DNA of 64,000 bases from Bacillus subtilis subsp. subtilis str. 168. GTDB lineage: Bacteria > Bacillota > Bacilli > Bacillales > Bacillaceae. Below are positions 44,523-53,942 of this stretch, one piece after another. The translations under genes and the position numbers were made by a program. Within the stretch, counting starts at the first letter, position 1. The number at the start of each line of letters is the position of its first letter. The DNA lies in assembly GCF_000009045.1 (NCBI RefSeq), contig NC_000964.3, positions 1,736,001 through 1,800,000 of the forward strand, read 5' to 3'. The notes below the pieces were generated by a model that saw only the letters and a program-made list of their open reading frames with translations, ran no database searches and was not told the origin of the DNA.

Positions 44523-44553
44523 CTCCCTGTTCGTGTGAACAGGGAGATTTTTT
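44523..44553 (+). terminator. + strand intrinsic terminator of the small gene
   Basis: CTCCCTGTTC-GTGT-GAACAGGGAG-ATTTTTT; U-tract only in + orientation. Confidence 0.85.
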
Positions 44554-44617
44554 CGTTTATATAACTGGTGATGTCCAAATATAGGGTGTTATGAATTTTC
44601 CATATCTGCCATCGGCT

Positions 44618-45073
44618 TTAAGCTGCTTCTCTATTAGGCTGGTTATCAAAAGCAAGTTCAATGATAGCCATGAAAGCTGATATCACAACAAGCAAGACAT
44701 CTGGAATATAAATAGACTGCATAAAGTAATCTGCAAAACAGATCGTTATAAGATTGCTGATAAAATACAGTATAAAAGCAAAAAGTGCAGTCTTTTTCAA
44801 TGAAAGTGATTTTGCCAAAATGATAGAGATAATCTTTGTGAGTGGGTCTATGATTAAACCTACAGCAAAGCAGGCTAAAATAAATAAAGCTAATGTTTGA
44901 TTGGAAGCGTATGTGATGCCAAGTATGGAGAATAAGCCTTTCATCCCGAAGAAAAAGCCGCCGAAGATGACTGCAAGCGCGATGGCCGCGATAAAAGTAA
45001 TAGATACAATTCCGATTAATTTTGATCTCAGGTTAAAATCTTTAGAGTGCTCGTTCTGTTCTTTTTGGTTCAT
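44618..45073 (-). CDS. ymzD: Membrane protein, 4 predicted TM (possibly YrvL-like regulatory family)
   Basis: 151 aa from ATG 45073 after SD AAGGGAG; four hydrophobic stretches; family assignment from recollection. Confidence 0.8.
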   Translation of the reverse strand: MNQKEQNEHSKDFNLRSKLIGIVSITFIAAIALAVIFGGFFFGMKGLFSILGITYASNQTLALFILACFAVGLIIDPLTKIISIILAKSLSLKKTALFAFILYFISNLITICFADYFMQSIYIPDVLLVVISAFMAIIELAFDNQPNREAA

Positions 45074-45185
45074 GTATGACACTCCCTTCACCTGCTTACT
45101 CATACAAACAGCACCCTTGAATCAGCCCAAAATATCTATAAGTCTGTTTTCTGACGAAAATAGTATAGCATATTTTAACAAAACC

Positions 45186-45220
45186 AAAAAAGGCCCTTTC
45201 CACTGGGGAAGGGCCTTTTT
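45186..45220. terminator. Bidirectional terminator between ymcC and ymzD
   Basis: AAAAAAGGCCCTTTCC-ACT-GGGGAAGGGCCTTTTT. Confidence 0.85.
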
Positions 45221-45227
45221 CATCATG

Positions 45228-45785
45228 TTAACTCCTGAGATTCGCCGAAGCTTTCTCTTTTTTTGGCCAAATAAAATAGCTGGCTGTAATGAGAAAGTCA
45301 ATGCCTATAATGACAGTCCACAGTTTAAGAATGCCGCTCAACGCCTCGGTTCGGGAAGAGTCATTGATAAAATAGATCATCCCTGCCAATAGTCCCGCAC
45401 CAATTAAGTAGGCCAGCACATGTCTTAGCCAGCCTTTCGCACCGTGCTTGGCATGGTCCATTCCAAAACGTTTCAGCGGTTTTGTTCCTTTTTTTGTCAC
45501 ATAATATTGAAACTTTTCATCTGCCCATTGAATCATTTGTTTCCCATAAGCGATCGATATACCGATGTAAACAGCTGCAATCCCATGGGCTGCGGTCGCT
45601 GAGGCTCCGCGGTAAAGGTCCACACCAGTTGCCGCTAACAAGATCAAATCGATAACTGGAGTTAAGGCAAGGAATAGCAGTCCTAATGTATGTCGTTTGA
45701 ATACGTAGCGTACAGCAAGCCCCAAAACAATGACAACCCAAAACGCAATTTCACAGAAAACAATCATCCATGCGATACCGTTCAA
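45228..45785 (-). CDS. ymcC: Integral membrane protein
   Basis: 185 aa, several TM segments (IVFCEIAFWVVIVLGL..., HGIAAVYIG); SD AAAAGAGGGG; divergent from pksA. Confidence 0.85.
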   Translation of the reverse strand: MNGIAWMIVFCEIAFWVVIVLGLAVRYVFKRHTLGLLFLALTPVIDLILLAATGVDLYRGASATAAHGIAAVYIGISIAYGKQMIQWADEKFQYYVTKKGTKPLKRFGMDHAKHGAKGWLRHVLAYLIGAGLLAGMIYFINDSSRTEALSGILKLWTVIIGIDFLITASYFIWPKKEKASANLRS

Positions 45786-45802
45786 TCCATTCCCCTCTTT
45801 TC

Positions 45803-45863
45803 AATACAGTTGTATTATTTAAATAATATGTTACCATCTTTGTTTTTGTAACACAACTGTATT
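45803..45863. promoter_or_regulatory. Two palindromic operators (likely PksA/TetR sites) around the ymcC promoter
   Basis: AATACAGTTGTATT (45803-16) and AACACAACTGTATT (45850-63); minus-strand promoter TTGTGT(45856-51)-17-TGgTAACAT(45833-28). Confidence 0.7.
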
Positions 45864-45870
45864 ATAAAAA

Positions 45871-45899
45871 TTGCCCTCTCATTTTTTTCTTGTTACAAT
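45871..45899 (+). promoter_or_regulatory. SigA promoter of pksA
   Basis: TTGCCC-17 bp-TACAAT with TG extension; predicted +1 coincides with ATG at 45906. Confidence 0.75.
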
Positions 45900-45905
45900 A
45901 AAGCT

Positions 45906-46523
45906 ATGCCAAAACAAATTGACCATGAGAAAAGAAGAAAACAAATTGCAGAAGCAACGTGGCGCGTCATTTTAGAACGAGGGATGGAGGGAGCATCAGC
46001 CAGAAATATTGCAAAGGAAGCAGGATTGTCATTAGGTGCGCTGCGCCATTATTTCTCTACACAGGATGAATTGCTTGCTTTTGCAATGAAACTTGTCCAA
46101 GAAAAGGTAACGGACCGAATTAAGGACATTGCAGTGAGGGATTTGCTCCCTAAGGAAAAAGTGTTGCAAATTTTGCTTGAAATGGTCCCAACGAATGAAG
46201 AAACGATTAGAGAGATGGAGGTTTGGTTTGCTTTTACTGCTTACGCCAGACATAAAAAGGATATGTTTGATGCGAGTCATGACGGGATTTTCAGCGGCAT
46301 GCGGAATCTGATTGCCTATTTAGATGAATCCGATTTACTGAAGCAGAATGCTGATAAAGACATTGAAGCTGAGAGACTTTACGCGCTTGTTGACGGCTTG
46401 GCTTTACATGCCATGCTTGACCCTGTGCGCGTGAATAAAGACCGAATCAAGCGGGTCATTATGCAGCATGTAGAGTCAATTTGCGTGGAAGATACACGTG
46501 AGACACAAAAACGACATCCTTAA
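45906..46523 (+). CDS. pksA: TetR-family transcriptional regulator
   Basis: RRKQIAEATWRVI...SARNIAKEAGLSLGALRHYF HTH; no SD upstream. Confidence 0.93.
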   Translation: MPKQIDHEKRRKQIAEATWRVILERGMEGASARNIAKEAGLSLGALRHYFSTQDELLAFAMKLVQEKVTDRIKDIAVRDLLPKEKVLQILLEMVPTNEETIREMEVWFAFTAYARHKKDMFDASHDGIFSGMRNLIAYLDESDLLKQNADKDIEAERLYALVDGLALHAMLDPVRVNKDRIKRVIMQHVESICVEDTRETQKRHP

Positions 46524-46535
46524 GGCACTAGTGTG

Positions 46536-46580
46536 AAAAGCGATTCTTGTTGGGCATGCGTCCAAAAGAGTCGCTTTTTT
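46536..46580 (+). terminator. Terminator after pksA
   Basis: AAAAGCGATTCTT...AAGAGTCGCTTTT-TT. Confidence 0.75.
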
Positions 46581-46712
46581 ATTTTCAAAGAACAAGGATC
46601 TCTGAAAAAAATGGAAAACAATCATGCTGTTTGGTAAAGTGGAATGAAAGACGGACTGAGGGGTGAACACTGGTCCATCGTTTAAGAACTTTACATGATA
46701 GGGATGGTATAA

Positions 46713-47390
46713 ATGAATCTTACTTACAAGGTGCATCCAATTAAAACAAGGTATCAGGGCTGGACGAATTATTGCTATATCATTGAAGATATTGTAAGCA
46801 GATCTGCAATTGTTGTTGATCCCTCATGGGAATTGAGTAAGATAACCACTACACTTTCCGAACTCGAAGCGGAATTAAAGGCAGTCGCATTGACACACTC
46901 TCATTATGATCATGTAAATCTGGTAGACCCGCTGACGAAGATGTTTAACGCTCAAGTTTATATGTCGAAAAAAGAAATTGATTATTATCAATTCCGATGC
47001 AGAAATTTAATTAGCCTAGATGATCATCAGACGATCAGCATAGGAAACACAAGAGCACAGTGCCTTCTCACACCGGGGCATACAGCCGGCGGAATGTGTT
47101 ATTTGTTTTCTGAGAGTATTTTTACCGGAGATACGGTGTTTACAGAAGGGTGCGGCATATGTGAGGATGATGGCAGCTCTGCGGAAGAGATGTTTGATAG
47201 CATTCAAAGAATAAAGTCGGAGGTTTCACCCCATGTACGGGTGTATCCTGGTCACTCATTTGGCAAATCGCCCGGCCATTCGATAAAGGATCTTTATCAG
47301 CATAATATTTACTTTCAAATTGATAAGAAAGAATATTTTGTGAAATTTCGCACTCGTAAAAACCAAAAAGGTATTTTTGATTTTAAATAA
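46713..47390 (+). CDS. pksB: Metallo-beta-lactamase-fold hydrolase of the bacillaene cluster
   Basis: THSHYDH, TPGHT, FTGD, YPGH. Confidence 0.92.
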   Translation: MNLTYKVHPIKTRYQGWTNYCYIIEDIVSRSAIVVDPSWELSKITTTLSELEAELKAVALTHSHYDHVNLVDPLTKMFNAQVYMSKKEIDYYQFRCRNLISLDDHQTISIGNTRAQCLLTPGHTAGGMCYLFSESIFTGDTVFTEGCGICEDDGSSAEEMFDSIQRIKSEVSPHVRVYPGHSFGKSPGHSIKDLYQHNIYFQIDKKEYFVKFRTRKNQKGIFDFK

Positions 47391-47637
47391 TCCTTCTGAA
47401 TCTATTATCCTATTTTTCTTCGAATATCTAAATGATTTTTATTTTCGAAAATGATTACATAGAAGGTGTTATTTATTTTGAAAACTCATTTGAAAGAAAA
47501 TGAAGCGCATTATCATGATATGGCGCCCTATATGTAATCCGGGTCTTTTTTCTTATGTTCTGTTATATCTCCTGATCCTTTATTCCTCAATGGAAAAAAG
47601 CAGAAAAACAATGGAGCAAACTGTAGGAAAAATTAAC

Positions 47638-47667
47638 TTGACGGATAATATTTACAGAGGTTACCAT
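47638..47667 (+). promoter_or_regulatory. Possible SigA promoter of pksC operon
   Basis: TTGACG-18 bp-TACCAT. Confidence 0.45.
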
Positions 47668-47762
47668 CAACATGAACATGCTACTATTTATCCGGTCATC
47701 ACTATTATAAAATCATACAGAAGTGAAACACATCTACTAATCGGAAGGGTGGCTTTGAGAGA

Positions 47763-48629
47763 ATGATCACATATGTTTTTCCAGGTCAGGGTTCACAAAA
47801 ACAGGGAATGGGCAGCGGCCTATTCGATGAATTTAAAGAACTGACGGATCAGGCAGATGAGATCTTAGGATATTCTATCAAACGTCTTTGCCTGGAAAAT
47901 CCTTATTCCAATTTAAACAAAACGCAATTTACTCAGCCGGCATTATATGTGGTAAACGCACTAAGCTATCTGAAAAAAATCAGGGATGAAGAAGTTAAAC
48001 CTGACTTTGTCGCCGGGCACAGCTTGGGTGAATACAATGCGTTATTTGCAGCTGAAGCCTTTGATTTTGAGACAGGTTTACAGCTTGTCAGAAAAAGAGG
48101 CGAGCTGATGAGTCTGATAAGCAACGGCGGTATGGCAGCTGTTATGGGACTAAATGAAGAGCAGGTTGCAAAGGCTCTGAAAGAATATCATTTACATGAT
48201 GTTGATATCGCTAATGTGAATGCCCCATATCAAATTGTAATTTCAGGAAAAAAAGATGAGATTGAAAAAGCCGCATCTCTTTTTGAAACGATGACTGAAG
48301 TTACAATGGTACTCCCCTTAAACGTAAGCGGCGCGTTTCATTCCAGATACATGAATAAAGCAAAAGAAGAATTCGAGGAGTTCCTTCATGCCTTTTATTT
48401 TTCGCCTCCGTCTATCCCGGTTATTTCTAATGTGTATGCCAAACCGTATACATACGAATTCATGAAACAGACGCTGGCTGATCAAATTAATCATTCAGTG
48501 AAATGGACTGACAGCATAAGCTACTTAATGAAAAAAGGCCATATGGAGTTTGAGGAGGTAGGGCCTGGAAATGTTTTAACTGGGTTAATTCATCGCATAA
48601 AGAAAGATGCGGAAGCAATGCCCCGCTAA
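47763..48629 (+). CDS. pksC: trans-acting malonyl-CoA:ACP acyltransferase
   Basis: FPGQGSQ, GHSLG, KRG, GAFHS. Confidence 0.96.
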   Translation: MITYVFPGQGSQKQGMGSGLFDEFKELTDQADEILGYSIKRLCLENPYSNLNKTQFTQPALYVVNALSYLKKIRDEEVKPDFVAGHSLGEYNALFAAEAFDFETGLQLVRKRGELMSLISNGGMAAVMGLNEEQVAKALKEYHLHDVDIANVNAPYQIVISGKKDEIEKAASLFETMTEVTMVLPLNVSGAFHSRYMNKAKEEFEEFLHAFYFSPPSIPVISNVYAKPYTYEFMKQTLADQINHSVKWTDSISYLMKKGHMEFEEVGPGNVLTGLIHRIKKDAEAMPR

Positions 48630-49132
48630 AGCATTTGCCCCTATGGCCATGTATCTCATCAATCAGGTCTAAACACAGATTTCCTTTCATTTAAGGTATA
48701 AAGTTTTAAAGATTCAATCGTTCGATTGACACTGTTTCTAATTGAATAACTTTATATACTGTTACATAAAGAGGCTGATAAATTAAGTTAGACATTTGAA
48801 CTATGTCAGCCGGTCTGTCAAACCATCGCTCCCACATCTAGATGGTCCATTTTTAAACCGCACCCACCAATCATAGAGTCGATGTTCTTTGCTGATCCTG
48901 TTATCATGTTACATCAATTTTGAGATATCAACATACATCTACGATCACGTCATAAATGAACCACATCCAGAGCACCAATAGCAATCCTTCCAAGTTGAAT
49001 CTCCTTTACTTTTTCACATATGTCTTTTCCATTTATTAATTTCATTTCAATCGCTGCTATGTGCTTTAACAACATGCATGGAAATGAGAAATCCAATAGC
49101 CGTCATAAATATAAAAAAAGAAGGTTATACAC

Positions 49133-50107
49133 ATGAATGAACCGCTTGTTTTTATGTTTTCCGGGCAAGGTTCCCAATACTATCACATGGGGAAAGAACT
49201 ATTTAAGGAAAATACCGTGTTTCGCCAATCAATGCTTGAAATGGATGCCATTGCAGCACGGCGAATCGGCACATCCATTGTTGAAGAAATCTACCATCCA
49301 GGTAAACGTGTGTCAGATCCGTTTGACAGTATTCTTTTTTCCCACCCCGCCATTTTTATGATTGAGTATTCCTTATATAAGGTTTTGGAAGACAGGGGAA
49401 TTTATCCTGATTACGTATTGGGATCAAGTCTGGGAGAATTCGCAGCAGCGGCAGTTTCTGGTGTGTCAGACGCAGAGGATATGCTGGATTGCATACTTGA
49501 ACAGGCTATTATCATCCAGAATTCCTGCGATAAAGGAAAAATGCTGGCCATTCTTGACAAACCGCAATTGCTGAATGATCATCCGCAACTGTTTGGAAAT
49601 AGTGAACTCATTTCTATCAATTATGATTCGCACTTCGTCATTTCTGGTGAAGAAGATCATATAAGGAAGATTATGGAGGATTTAAAGGAGAAGCAGATTC
49701 TTTGCCAGCTGCTTCCTGTGTCCTATGCCTTTCATTCTTCGCTTATTGATCCGGCAGAGAGTGCCTATGCAGAATTTTTAAGATCAAAATCTTTTCAAAA
49801 ACCGTCAATACCGATTGTATCGAGCTTAACGGGAAGCTGCCTTCACGTAATGGACGAGAATTTCTTTTGGAATGCGGTCAGAAAGCCAATGATGTTTCGT
49901 GAAGCGATTCGATATTTGGAAAGCCAGCATACATGCAAGTTTATCGATTTAGGGCCATCCGGCACCTTAGCTGCTTTTGTGAAACAGCTGATTCCGGGTG
50001 ATTCAGCTGACCGTTGCTGCTCAATCATAACACCATTTCATCAGGAGCTGAAAAATCTGAATACGGTTGAGTATTTCCGTACACCAGAAAGGAAGTTTAC
50101 AAGATGA
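49133..50107 (+). CDS. pksD: Acyltransferase-like protein / acyl hydrolase (proofreading)
   Basis: FSGQGSQ, GSSLG, YAFHS; substrate Arg replaced by Gln (ILEQA). Confidence 0.9.
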   Translation: MNEPLVFMFSGQGSQYYHMGKELFKENTVFRQSMLEMDAIAARRIGTSIVEEIYHPGKRVSDPFDSILFSHPAIFMIEYSLYKVLEDRGIYPDYVLGSSLGEFAAAAVSGVSDAEDMLDCILEQAIIIQNSCDKGKMLAILDKPQLLNDHPQLFGNSELISINYDSHFVISGEEDHIRKIMEDLKEKQILCQLLPVSYAFHSSLIDPAESAYAEFLRSKSFQKPSIPIVSSLTGSCLHVMDENFFWNAVRKPMMFREAIRYLESQHTCKFIDLGPSGTLAAFVKQLIPGDSADRCCSIITPFHQELKNLNTVEYFRTPERKFTR

Positions 50108-52407
50108 TTACATATGTCTTTCCAGGGCAAGGCTCCCAGCAAAAGGGGATGGGACAAGGGCTATTTGAACAGTATCAGCATTTGACAGATCAAGCAGATC
50201 AAATATTGGGCTATTCAATAGAGAAGCTATGTACCGAAAAATCATATCTGGATGTAAATCATACTGAATACACGCAGCCGGCTTTGTATGTTGTTAATGC
50301 ACTCAGTTACTTGAAGAGAGTGGAGGAGACCGGCAGAAAACCTGATTTTGCGGCAGGACACAGCTTAGGAGAATACAATGCGCTGATGGCAGCCGGTGCA
50401 TTTGATTTTGAAACCGGATTAAGGCTCGTCAAAAAAAGAGGAGAATTGATGGGACGAATTACAGGGGGCGGAATGGCTGCTGTGATCGGCCTGAGTAAGG
50501 AACAAGTTACAGCCGTTTTAGAAGAGCACCGTCTTTATGACATTGATGTGGCAAATGAAAATACGCCCCAGCAAATTGTGATTTCTGGCCCGAAAAAAGA
50601 GATTGAAAAAGCTCGGGCTGTTTTTGAAAACACCAAGGATGTAAAGCTGTTTCATCCATTAAATGTGAGCGGAGCTTTTCATTCCAGATATATGAATGAA
50701 GCCAAACAGGTATTTAAGCAATATATTGACTCATTCCAGTTTGCACCTTTGGCGATCCCGGTTATCTCCAATGTCTACGCAGAGCCATACCATCAAGACA
50801 GATTAAAAGATACATTATCTGAACAAATGGACAACACAGTGAAATGGACGGACAGCATTCGTTTTCTGATGGGAAGAGGAGAAATGGAGTTTGCAGAGAT
50901 TGGGCCTGGAACTGTTTTAACCGGTCTCATTCATCGGATTAAAAATGAAGCTGAACCATTGACATATATACCGAAAAAGAACCCCGCGATCAGTGCGCAT
51001 CTAAAGGAGCAACGCAATGTTCAAGCCGGGATTACGGCAGAATCTTTAGGAAGTGCTGAATTTAAACAAGATTATCATCTTACATATGCTTATCTTGCAG
51101 GAGGAATGTACCGCGGCATTGCTTCGAAAGAAATGGTAGTAAAGCTGTCAAGAGCGGGAATGATGGGGTTCTTTGGCACAGGAGGTCTGAGCCTGAAAGA
51201 GGTTGAAGATGCGATCCATGCTATACAAGGTGAATTAGGAAAAGGACAAGCCTACGGCATCAATCTGGTCCACAATATGAAACATACTGAATCAGAAGAA
51301 AAAATGATCGATCTTTTATTGAGGAATCAAGTGAGCATTGTGGAGGCTTCAGCATTTTTAAGTGTCACTCCTGTATTAGTAAGGTATCGCGCAAAAGGAG
51401 TGAAACGAAATCAAAATGGTGACGTTATATGCTCAAATCGTCTCATAGCAAAAATATCACGGCCGGAAGTTGCAGAATCATTTCTGAGTCCTGCGCCTGA
51501 GAATATGCTGCAAAAGCTTTTAGGAGAAAATAAAATCACTATGAACGAAGCTGAGTTGTTGCGGTGCATTCCGATGGCTGACGATATTTGTGTAGAAGCT
51601 GATTCAGGCGGTCATACAGATGGCGGTGTGGCATACAGCCTGATGCCGGCGATGACATCTTTAAGAGATGAAATGATGAAAAAATATCAATACCGGAAAA
51701 AAATAAGAGTTGGTGCAGCTGGAGGAATTGGAACACCTGAGGCAGCGATGGCGGCTTTTATGCTAGGGGCTGATTTTATTCTAACAGGCTCAATCAATCA
51801 ATGTACGGTTGAGGCGGCAACAAGTGATAAAGTAAAGGATTTGCTTCAGCAGATGAATGTACAAGATACAGCCTATGCGCCTGCAGGTGATATGTTTGAA
51901 TCGGGCAGTAAAGTGCAGGTGCTAAAGAAAGGCGTGTTCTTTCCCGCACGGGCAAACAAGTTATATGAACTGTATCAGCGGTATGGGTCTATACGTGAGC
52001 TGGATGCAAAGATGCTGGCCCAGCTTGAGGAGAAATACTTTAAACGCAGTATAGAAGACATATATAAAGATATTGCATTGCATTATCCCGCGGCAGACAT
52101 TGAGAAGGCTGAACAAAACCCGAAGCATAAAATGGCTTTGATTTTCCGATGGTACTTCAGATACAGTTCAAAATTGGCAATCAGCGGAAGCGAACATTCG
52201 AAGGTCGATTATCAAATTCACTGCGGTCCCGCGCTGGGAGCCTTTAATCAATGGGTTAAAGGGTCGCAATTAGAAAATTGGCGAAACCGCCATGTGGATG
52301 AAATCGGGAAAAAATTAATGACAGAAACGGCAGTATTGCTTCATGAACGGATGCAATCGATGTATCAGCCGTCGCATGAAACAGACAACATAAAAATAAA
52401 AGTTTGA
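50104..52407 (+). CDS. pksE: Acyltransferase plus FMN-dependent enoylreductase (PfaD-like) fusion
   Basis: N-terminal AT (GHSLG, GAFHS); C-terminal [26 protein letters not shown]. Confidence 0.95.
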   Translation: MITYVFPGQGSQQKGMGQGLFEQYQHLTDQADQILGYSIEKLCTEKSYLDVNHTEYTQPALYVVNALSYLKRVEETGRKPDFAAGHSLGEYNALMAAGAFDFETGLRLVKKRGELMGRITGGGMAAVIGLSKEQVTAVLEEHRLYDIDVANENTPQQIVISGPKKEIEKARAVFENTKDVKLFHPLNVSGAFHSRYMNEAKQVFKQYIDSFQFAPLAIPVISNVYAEPYHQDRLKDTLSEQMDNTVKWTDSIRFLMGRGEMEFAEIGPGTVLTGLIHRIKNEAEPLTYIPKKNPAISAHLKEQRNVQAGITAESLGSAEFKQDYHLTYAYLAGGMYRGIASKEMVVKLSRAGMMGFFGTGGLSLKEVEDAIHAIQGELGKGQAYGINLVHNMKHTESEEKMIDLLLRNQVSIVEASAFLSVTPVLVRYRAKGVKRNQNGDVICSNRLIAKISRPEVAESFLSPAPENMLQKLLGENKITMNEAELLRCIPMADDICVEADSGGHTDGGVAYSLMPAMTSLRDEMMKKYQYRKKIRVGAAGGIGTPEAAMAAFMLGADFILTGSINQCTVEAATSDKVKDLLQQMNVQDTAYAPAGDMFESGSKVQVLKKGVFFPARANKLYELYQRYGSIRELDAKMLAQLEEKYFKRSIEDIYKDIALHYPAADIEKAEQNPKHKMALIFRWYFRYSSKLAISGSEHSKVDYQIHCGPALGAFNQWVKGSQLENWRNRHVDEIGKKLMTETAVLLHERMQSMYQPSHETDNIKIKV

Positions 52408-52468
52408 ATATTATGAAAATATACCTATAAAAATCATTAAAATAATCCCTTGAAGGAGAGAGCGCATT

Positions 52469-52717
52469 ATGGATAAACAGAGAATCTTTGAAGTATTAAT
52501 CACCAATATTTGCGAGGTGCTTCCTGAATTAGACGGACACAGATTTGAGCCTGAAGATCAGTTAGTTGAGCTAGGAGCTGACTCTGTAGACAGAGCTGAA
52601 ATTATCACGATGGTGCTAGAGGATTTATCGTTAAAAATCCCTCGCATTGAGCTATCCGGGGTGAAAAACATCGGTGAATTAGCTGAGGTGCTTTATGACA
52701 AAGTGCAATCTGCCTGA
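52469..52717 (+). CDS. acpK: Free-standing acyl carrier protein (beta-branch donor)
   Basis: LGADSVDRAE phosphopantetheine site; 82 aa. Confidence 0.95.
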   Translation: MDKQRIFEVLITNICEVLPELDGHRFEPEDQLVELGADSVDRAEIITMVLEDLSLKIPRIELSGVKNIGELAEVLYDKVQSA

Positions 52718-53942
52718 GGTGGTGGTGACCGGTGTAGGCGTTACGGCCTCTATCGGTCAAGGGAAAGAGGACTTTGCTTCCTCGCTGCTGTCCGGCAGAC
52801 ATGCCTTTGATGTCATGAAGCGTTCAGGCAGACAAAAAGACAGCCGGTTTATCGGAGCCGAAATTGCGTCATTGTCTTATCCTGACCGACTCTCTAAAAA
52901 AATGTTGCGAAAAGCATCATTCTCCAGCCGCGCTGCATTGGTAACTCTCACAGAGGCTTGGGAGGAGGCTGAATTGGACGATGCAGATTCCTCACGTATC
53001 GGACTGGTTGTTGGCGGATCAAATTTTCAACAGAGAGAAAACTTTGAAGTTTATGAAAGGTATCAAGACCGCTCCGGTTTTATTTCTCCGGCGTATGGTC
53101 TGTCTTTCATGGACAGCGATCTTTGCGGGATATGTACAGATCAGTTTGGCATCACGGGATTAGCATATACGGTGGGAGGAGCTTCGGCCAGCGGCCAGTT
53201 AGCAGTCATTCATGCGATTCAGCAAGTCCTGTCAGGCGAAGTTGATACTTGCATAGCACTTGGTGCTTTAATGGATCTTTCTTATATGGAATGCGAGGCG
53301 CTAAGGGCTTTAGGCGCTATGGGGACGGACAAATATGCTGATGAACCTGAAAATGCGTGCCGTCCCTTCGATCAAAACAGAGACGGGTTTATCTATGGAG
53401 AATCGTGCGGTGCATTGGTAATAGAACGAAAGGAGACGGCTTTACGAAGAGGTCTAAAACCTTATGCAGCATTGTCTGGCTGGTCAATCAAACTGGACGG
53501 AAACCGGAATCCTGATCCTTCATTAGAAGGAGAGATTCATGTCATCCAGAAGGCACTGGAGCGTGCCAGGCTTTTACCAGAAGATATTGATTATATTAAT
53601 CCTCATGGAACAGGCTCTTTTATTGGAGATGAAATAGAATTAAAGGCGCTCCGTGCATGCCGGCTTTCCCATGCTTATATCAATGCAACAAAATCGATAA
53701 CCGGACACGGGCTTAGTGCGGCGGGCATCGTAGAGATTATTTCTGTTTTGCTGCAAATGAAAAAATCTGCCCTGCATCCGAGCAGGAATTTGGATCATCC
53801 AATCGATGATTCCTTTCATTGGGTAAATGAGAAATCGATTTCATACCGCATCAAAAATGCGCTGAGCTTAAGCATGGGGTTTGGCGGAATGAACACCGCG
53901 GTTTGTATACAAAACATTGAGAAATGTGGAGGCGAATCATAA
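52695..53942 (+). CDS. pksF: Decarboxylating ketosynthase-like protein (Cys to Ser)
   Basis: TVGGASASG instead of ACAS/T; NPHGTGS, KSITGHGL. Confidence 0.94.
   Translation: MTKCNLPEVVVTGVGVTASIGQGKEDFASSLLSGRHAFDVMKRSGRQKDSRFIGAEIASLSYPDRLSKKMLRKASFSSRAALVTLTEAWEEAELDDADSSRIGLVVGGSNFQQRENFEVYERYQDRSGFISPAYGLSFMDSDLCGICTDQFGITGLAYTVGGASASGQLAVIHAIQQVLSGEVDTCIALGALMDLSYMECEALRALGAMGTDKYADEPENACRPFDQNRDGFIYGESCGALVIERKETALRRGLKPYAALSGWSIKLDGNRNPDPSLEGEIHVIQKALERARLLPEDIDYINPHGTGSFIGDEIELKALRACRLSHAYINATKSITGHGLSAAGIVEIISVLLQMKKSALHPSRNLDHPIDDSFHWVNEKSISYRIKNALSLSMGFGGMNTAVCIQNIEKCGGES

Noticed and set aside
44901-45392. 163-aa + strand ORF
   Set aside because: Antisense to ymzD and ymcC and crosses their bidirectional terminator.
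48818-48907. 29-codon minus-strand ORF (MITGSAKNIDSMIGGCGLKMDHLDVGAMV) downstream of the 21-aa peptide ORF
   Set aside because: No SD and no distinguishing features; an ORF of this size is expected by chance.
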